Below, one piece after another: positions 61,860-64,000 of a DNA stretch of 64,000 nt. Under the pieces are notes generated by a model, which ran no database searches, was not told where the DNA came from, and was given only the letters and a program-made list of their open reading frames with translations. Position 1 is the stretch's first letter. Each line of letters starts with the position of its first letter. The DNA lies in contig JAAYJD010000295.1 in the NCBI GenBank assembly GCA_012523135.1, positions 20,366 to 84,365 of the forward strand, written 5' to 3'. The stretch is from Clostridiaceae bacterium. Its GTDB lineage: Bacteria > Bacillota > Clostridia > Saccharofermentanales > UBA5734. Made by a program: the position numbers and the translations under genes.

Positions 61860-62764
61860 ACGGCACATATGATGTCGTGGTCATCGGCCAGGGGCCGGCT
61901 GGCGTTTCGGCGGCCATTTACGCCGTTCGCTCCGGCTTGTCCGTGCTCCTGATCGGCCGCGACAGCGGATCGCTGGAACGGGCCGACAAGATCGAGAATT
62001 ACTACGGTTTCGTCGAACCGGTCAGCGGCAAACAACTGCTGCAGCAGGGGTTGGACCAGGCTGTACGCCTCGGCATTGGGCGGCTGCAGGACGAAGTGAC
62101 CGGCATCCGCTGGGACGATCCCTTCGTCGTTGAAACAACGTCAGGCCATGTCCAGGCGACCAGCATCGTTCTGGCCACCGGCATGCCCCGGCGCAAGGCC
62201 TCTGTTGCGGGCCTGTCAGCCTATGAAGGCCGCGGTGTCAGCTACTGCGCCACCTGCGACGGTTTTTTCTACCGGGGCAAAACGGTGGCGGTGATCGGCA
62301 ACGGCGCCTATGCCCTTAAGGAGGCCAGCGAACTCAAGCCGTTTGCGGCGACGATTTACCTTTTGACCAACGGGCGAACCCTGGATGCTGGCGACAGCGA
62401 TCCGGATTTTGTGGTCCGGACAGAGAAGATCGTCCGGCTGGAAGGCGATGAAGAAAAAGTGCGCCGCCTGGTTCTGGCCAGCGGCGAAGAACTGGCGGTC
62501 GACGGCGTCTTTGTCGCCGAAGGAACAGCGTCCGCCCTGGATCTGGCGCTCAAACTGGGGCTGGACAACGATGGCAAGGTCATTCTGACCGACCGGCAGC
62601 AGGCGACCAACCTGCCGGGCCTGTTTGCCGCCGGAGACTGCACCGGCGGCCTGCTGCAAATTGCCGTTGCTGTTGGCGAGGGCGCCCAGGCCGGCATGTC
62701 GGCCGCCGCCTATGTTCGCGGGCTGAAGGGCGAAAAGGCGCAGAAGGTCCAGTGGGGCGAGTAA
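61856..62764 (+). CDS. thioredoxin-reductase-like FAD-dependent pyridine nucleotide-disulfide oxidoreductase
   Basis: 302 aa. FAD motif VVIGQGPAGVSAA, redox-active CATCDG, NAD(P) motif VIGNGAYALKEA, GD motif FAAGDC. The ATG overlaps the hcp stop (ATGA). Confidence 0.88.
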   Translation: MNGTYDVVVIGQGPAGVSAAIYAVRSGLSVLLIGRDSGSLERADKIENYYGFVEPVSGKQLLQQGLDQAVRLGIGRLQDEVTGIRWDDPFVVETTSGHVQATSIVLATGMPRRKASVAGLSAYEGRGVSYCATCDGFFYRGKTVAVIGNGAYALKEASELKPFAATIYLLTNGRTLDAGDSDPDFVVRTEKIVRLEGDEEKVRRLVLASGEELAVDGVFVAEGTASALDLALKLGLDNDGKVILTDRQQATNLPGLFAAGDCTGGLLQIAVAVGEGAQAGMSAAAYVRGLKGEKAQKVQWGE

Positions 62765-62815
62765 ACAGCGTCAGACTCGGACAGGTCCGGACAACGGAAT
62801 GCTCCAGCTCAGGGT

Positions 62816-62856
62816 GAGTTTTGCGGATTTTCCGTACGACTCGCCTTTTCTTTTTG
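62816..62856 (+). terminator. candidate terminator after the hcp operon
   Basis: Interrupted stem GAGT..CGGA-TTT-TCCG..ACTC, followed by GCCTTTTCTTTTT. Confidence 0.4.
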
Positions 62857-62914
62857 CGGTAAGGTCCCGGTGCCGGACAAAATTCCGGCGCAGGCTACCA
62901 TTTTACCCGGATTA

Positions 62915-62923
62915 TGTTATATT
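62915..62923 (+). promoter_or_regulatory. extended -10 element upstream of rnfC
   Basis: TGtTATATT. It would give a leader of about 100 nt. Confidence 0.35.
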
Positions 62924-63031
62924 ATACGGTGGCACGTGAATTGTTCCCCAGGCGCACTGGCAGAATCGGCCGGAGAGACTGGCGAGCCATTCAACAATAA
63001 GTGAGCGACGATGTTGTCCGGGAGGTTTTTT

Positions 63032-64000
63032 GTGTTTCGTTTCGGCCATTTTTCCGGCGGTGTGCACCCGCGCGGCAATAAAAACACGCATTTTTATCCG
63101 ACAGTCCGCCTCGATAAGTTTGCTACAGTCCGTATCCCGATGAGCATGCACATCGGACCGCCCTGCACCTGCCTGGTCAAAGAGGGCGATCCGGTCAAGG
63201 TCGGCCAGCTAATCGGACGCGCCGACGCGCCGATGGCCGTCCCGATCCATTCGAGTGTCTCGGGAACCGTCAAATCGGTGCTCAAGGAAGTCGCCAGCAC
63301 AGGCAAAGCGGTCCAGGTGGTCGTCATCGAGTCCGACGGCCTGAACACGGTCGACGAGAGCGTCCAACCGCCTGTCATCACCGATCGGGCGTCGTTCCTG
63401 CAGGCAGTCTGGGACTCCGGCCTGGTCGGCCTGGGCGGCGCCGGCTTTCCGACGCACATCAAAATGCAGCCGCCGGCCGGCAAGGAACCGGATGTGCTCG
63501 TGATCAACGCCGCCGAATGCGAGCCGTACATCACGACCGATTTCCGCCAGTGTGCCGAGCATCCGGACGAGGTCATCGACGGCATCATCCAGGTCATGAA
63601 GCATCTTGGCATCCCCAAAGCCCTGATCGGCGTCGAGAGCAACAAGCCGCTGGCGATCGACGTGCTCAATTATGAGCTGATGAAACTCAAGCTGTCAGCC
63701 AACCTGGAGCCGGACATCTCGATTGTCCGCCTGAAGACCAGATACCCGCAAGGCGCCGAAAAGATGCTCATCTATTCGCTGACCGGCCGTAAAGTGCCGG
63801 CCGGCGGGCTGCCGCACGACGTCCATGTGCTTGTCCTCAATGTCGGTACGGTCCGCTTCATATCCAAGTACCTGAAGACCGGCATGCCCCTGATCCGCAA
63901 GCGCCTGACGCTCGACGGCAGCGCGGTCAAGGTGCCCTGCAACATCAACGTGCCGGTCGGGGCCCCGATCCCCGATGTCATCGAGGCGGCCGGCGGCATG
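63032..64000 (+). CDS. rnfC: electron transport complex (Rnf) subunit C, 5' part (runs off the window)
   Basis: Not in the ORF track because it has no stop in the window. GTG start 6 nt after GGGAGG. Translation gives FSGGVHPRGNK, LVGLGGAGFPTHIK, VINAAECEPYIT. 323 codons are open to the window end. Confidence 0.88.
   Translation, partial: MFRFGHFSGGVHPRGNKNTHFYPTVRLDKFATVRIPMSMHIGPPCTCLVKEGDPVKVGQLIGRADAPMAVPIHSSVSGTVKSVLKEVASTGKAVQVVVIESDGLNTVDESVQPPVITDRASFLQAVWDSGLVGLGGAGFPTHIKMQPPAGKEPDVLVINAAECEPYITTDFRQCAEHPDEVIDGIIQVMKHLGIPKALIGVESNKPLAIDVLNYELMKLKLSANLEPDISIVRLKTRYPQGAEKMLIYSLTGRKVPAGGLPHDVHVLVLNVGTVRFISKYLKTGMPLIRKRLTLDGSAVKVPCNINVPVGAPIPDVIEAAGGM

Noticed and set aside
63094-63669. 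191-aa and 131-aa - strand ORFs near the window end
   Set aside because: They are antisense to an open + frame that translates into unmistakable RnfC motifs. The + ORF is missing from the track only because it has no stop inside the window.
1-64000. Window-wide look for CRISPR repeats, tandem or interspersed repeats, rRNA, in-frame UGA (selenocysteine) splits and frameshifted pseudogenes
   Set aside because: No periodic repeat array is visible. No adjacent same-frame ORF pairs interrupted by a single stop or frameshift. No rRNA-like sequence. This was an inspection by eye only; a repeat finder and Infernal/Rfam scan would be needed to be definitive.

Overview
GC-rich segment (above 60% G+C by eye, not computed). 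It looks like the chromosome of an anaerobic Firmicute or Clostridia-type bacterium: GGAGG Shine-Dalgarno sites, Rnf, Hcp, long-form GalT, and DUF5685, DUF2975 and YedF-like families. The taxon is inference only. I call 64 protein genes (coding density about 90%), one tRNA-Ala(GGC), and no rRNA, CRISPR array, transposase or integrase. Housekeeping genes: gltX-glnS tandem, serS, ppa, a YebC-type regulator, a YigZ-family protein, a PBP5-type carboxypeptidase, a hypoxanthine-type DNA glycosylase. Carbohydrate genes: galM, galT, nagA, GH2 beta-mannosidase, GH33 sialidase, and an 11-kb sugar or sugar-acid catabolic cluster with GntR, AraC and TetR regulators. Redox and nitrosative-stress genes: an FNR-type regulator with a DUF438/hemerythrin/PAS gene, a second Crp/Fnr gene divergent from hcp plus a TrxB-like reductase, and the rnfC start. 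The accessory items most worth a second look are listed here. (1) A tightly spaced run encoding a P-loop NTPase::Asp23 fusion, a protein with two CxxC..CxxH modules, a stand-alone DsrE/YedF-like domain and PPase; this is my best candidate for an undescribed module. (2) A PadR regulator translationally coupled to a divergent EF-Ts homologue behind a perfect 22-bp PadR-type operator. (3) A low-GC 1.6-kb AbiEi/AbiEii islet downstream of tRNA-Ala with an apparently leaderless promoter. (4) A secreted serpin convergent with a small metzincin-like protein, next to an orphan pseudopilin. (5) An orphan PTS EIIC flanked by a membrane 4Fe-4S protein and a membrane-anchored CPPC thioredoxin. All family assignments rest on motif recognition and memory; no database search was run. 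Many long antisense ORFs in the supplied track are GC-driven artefacts.
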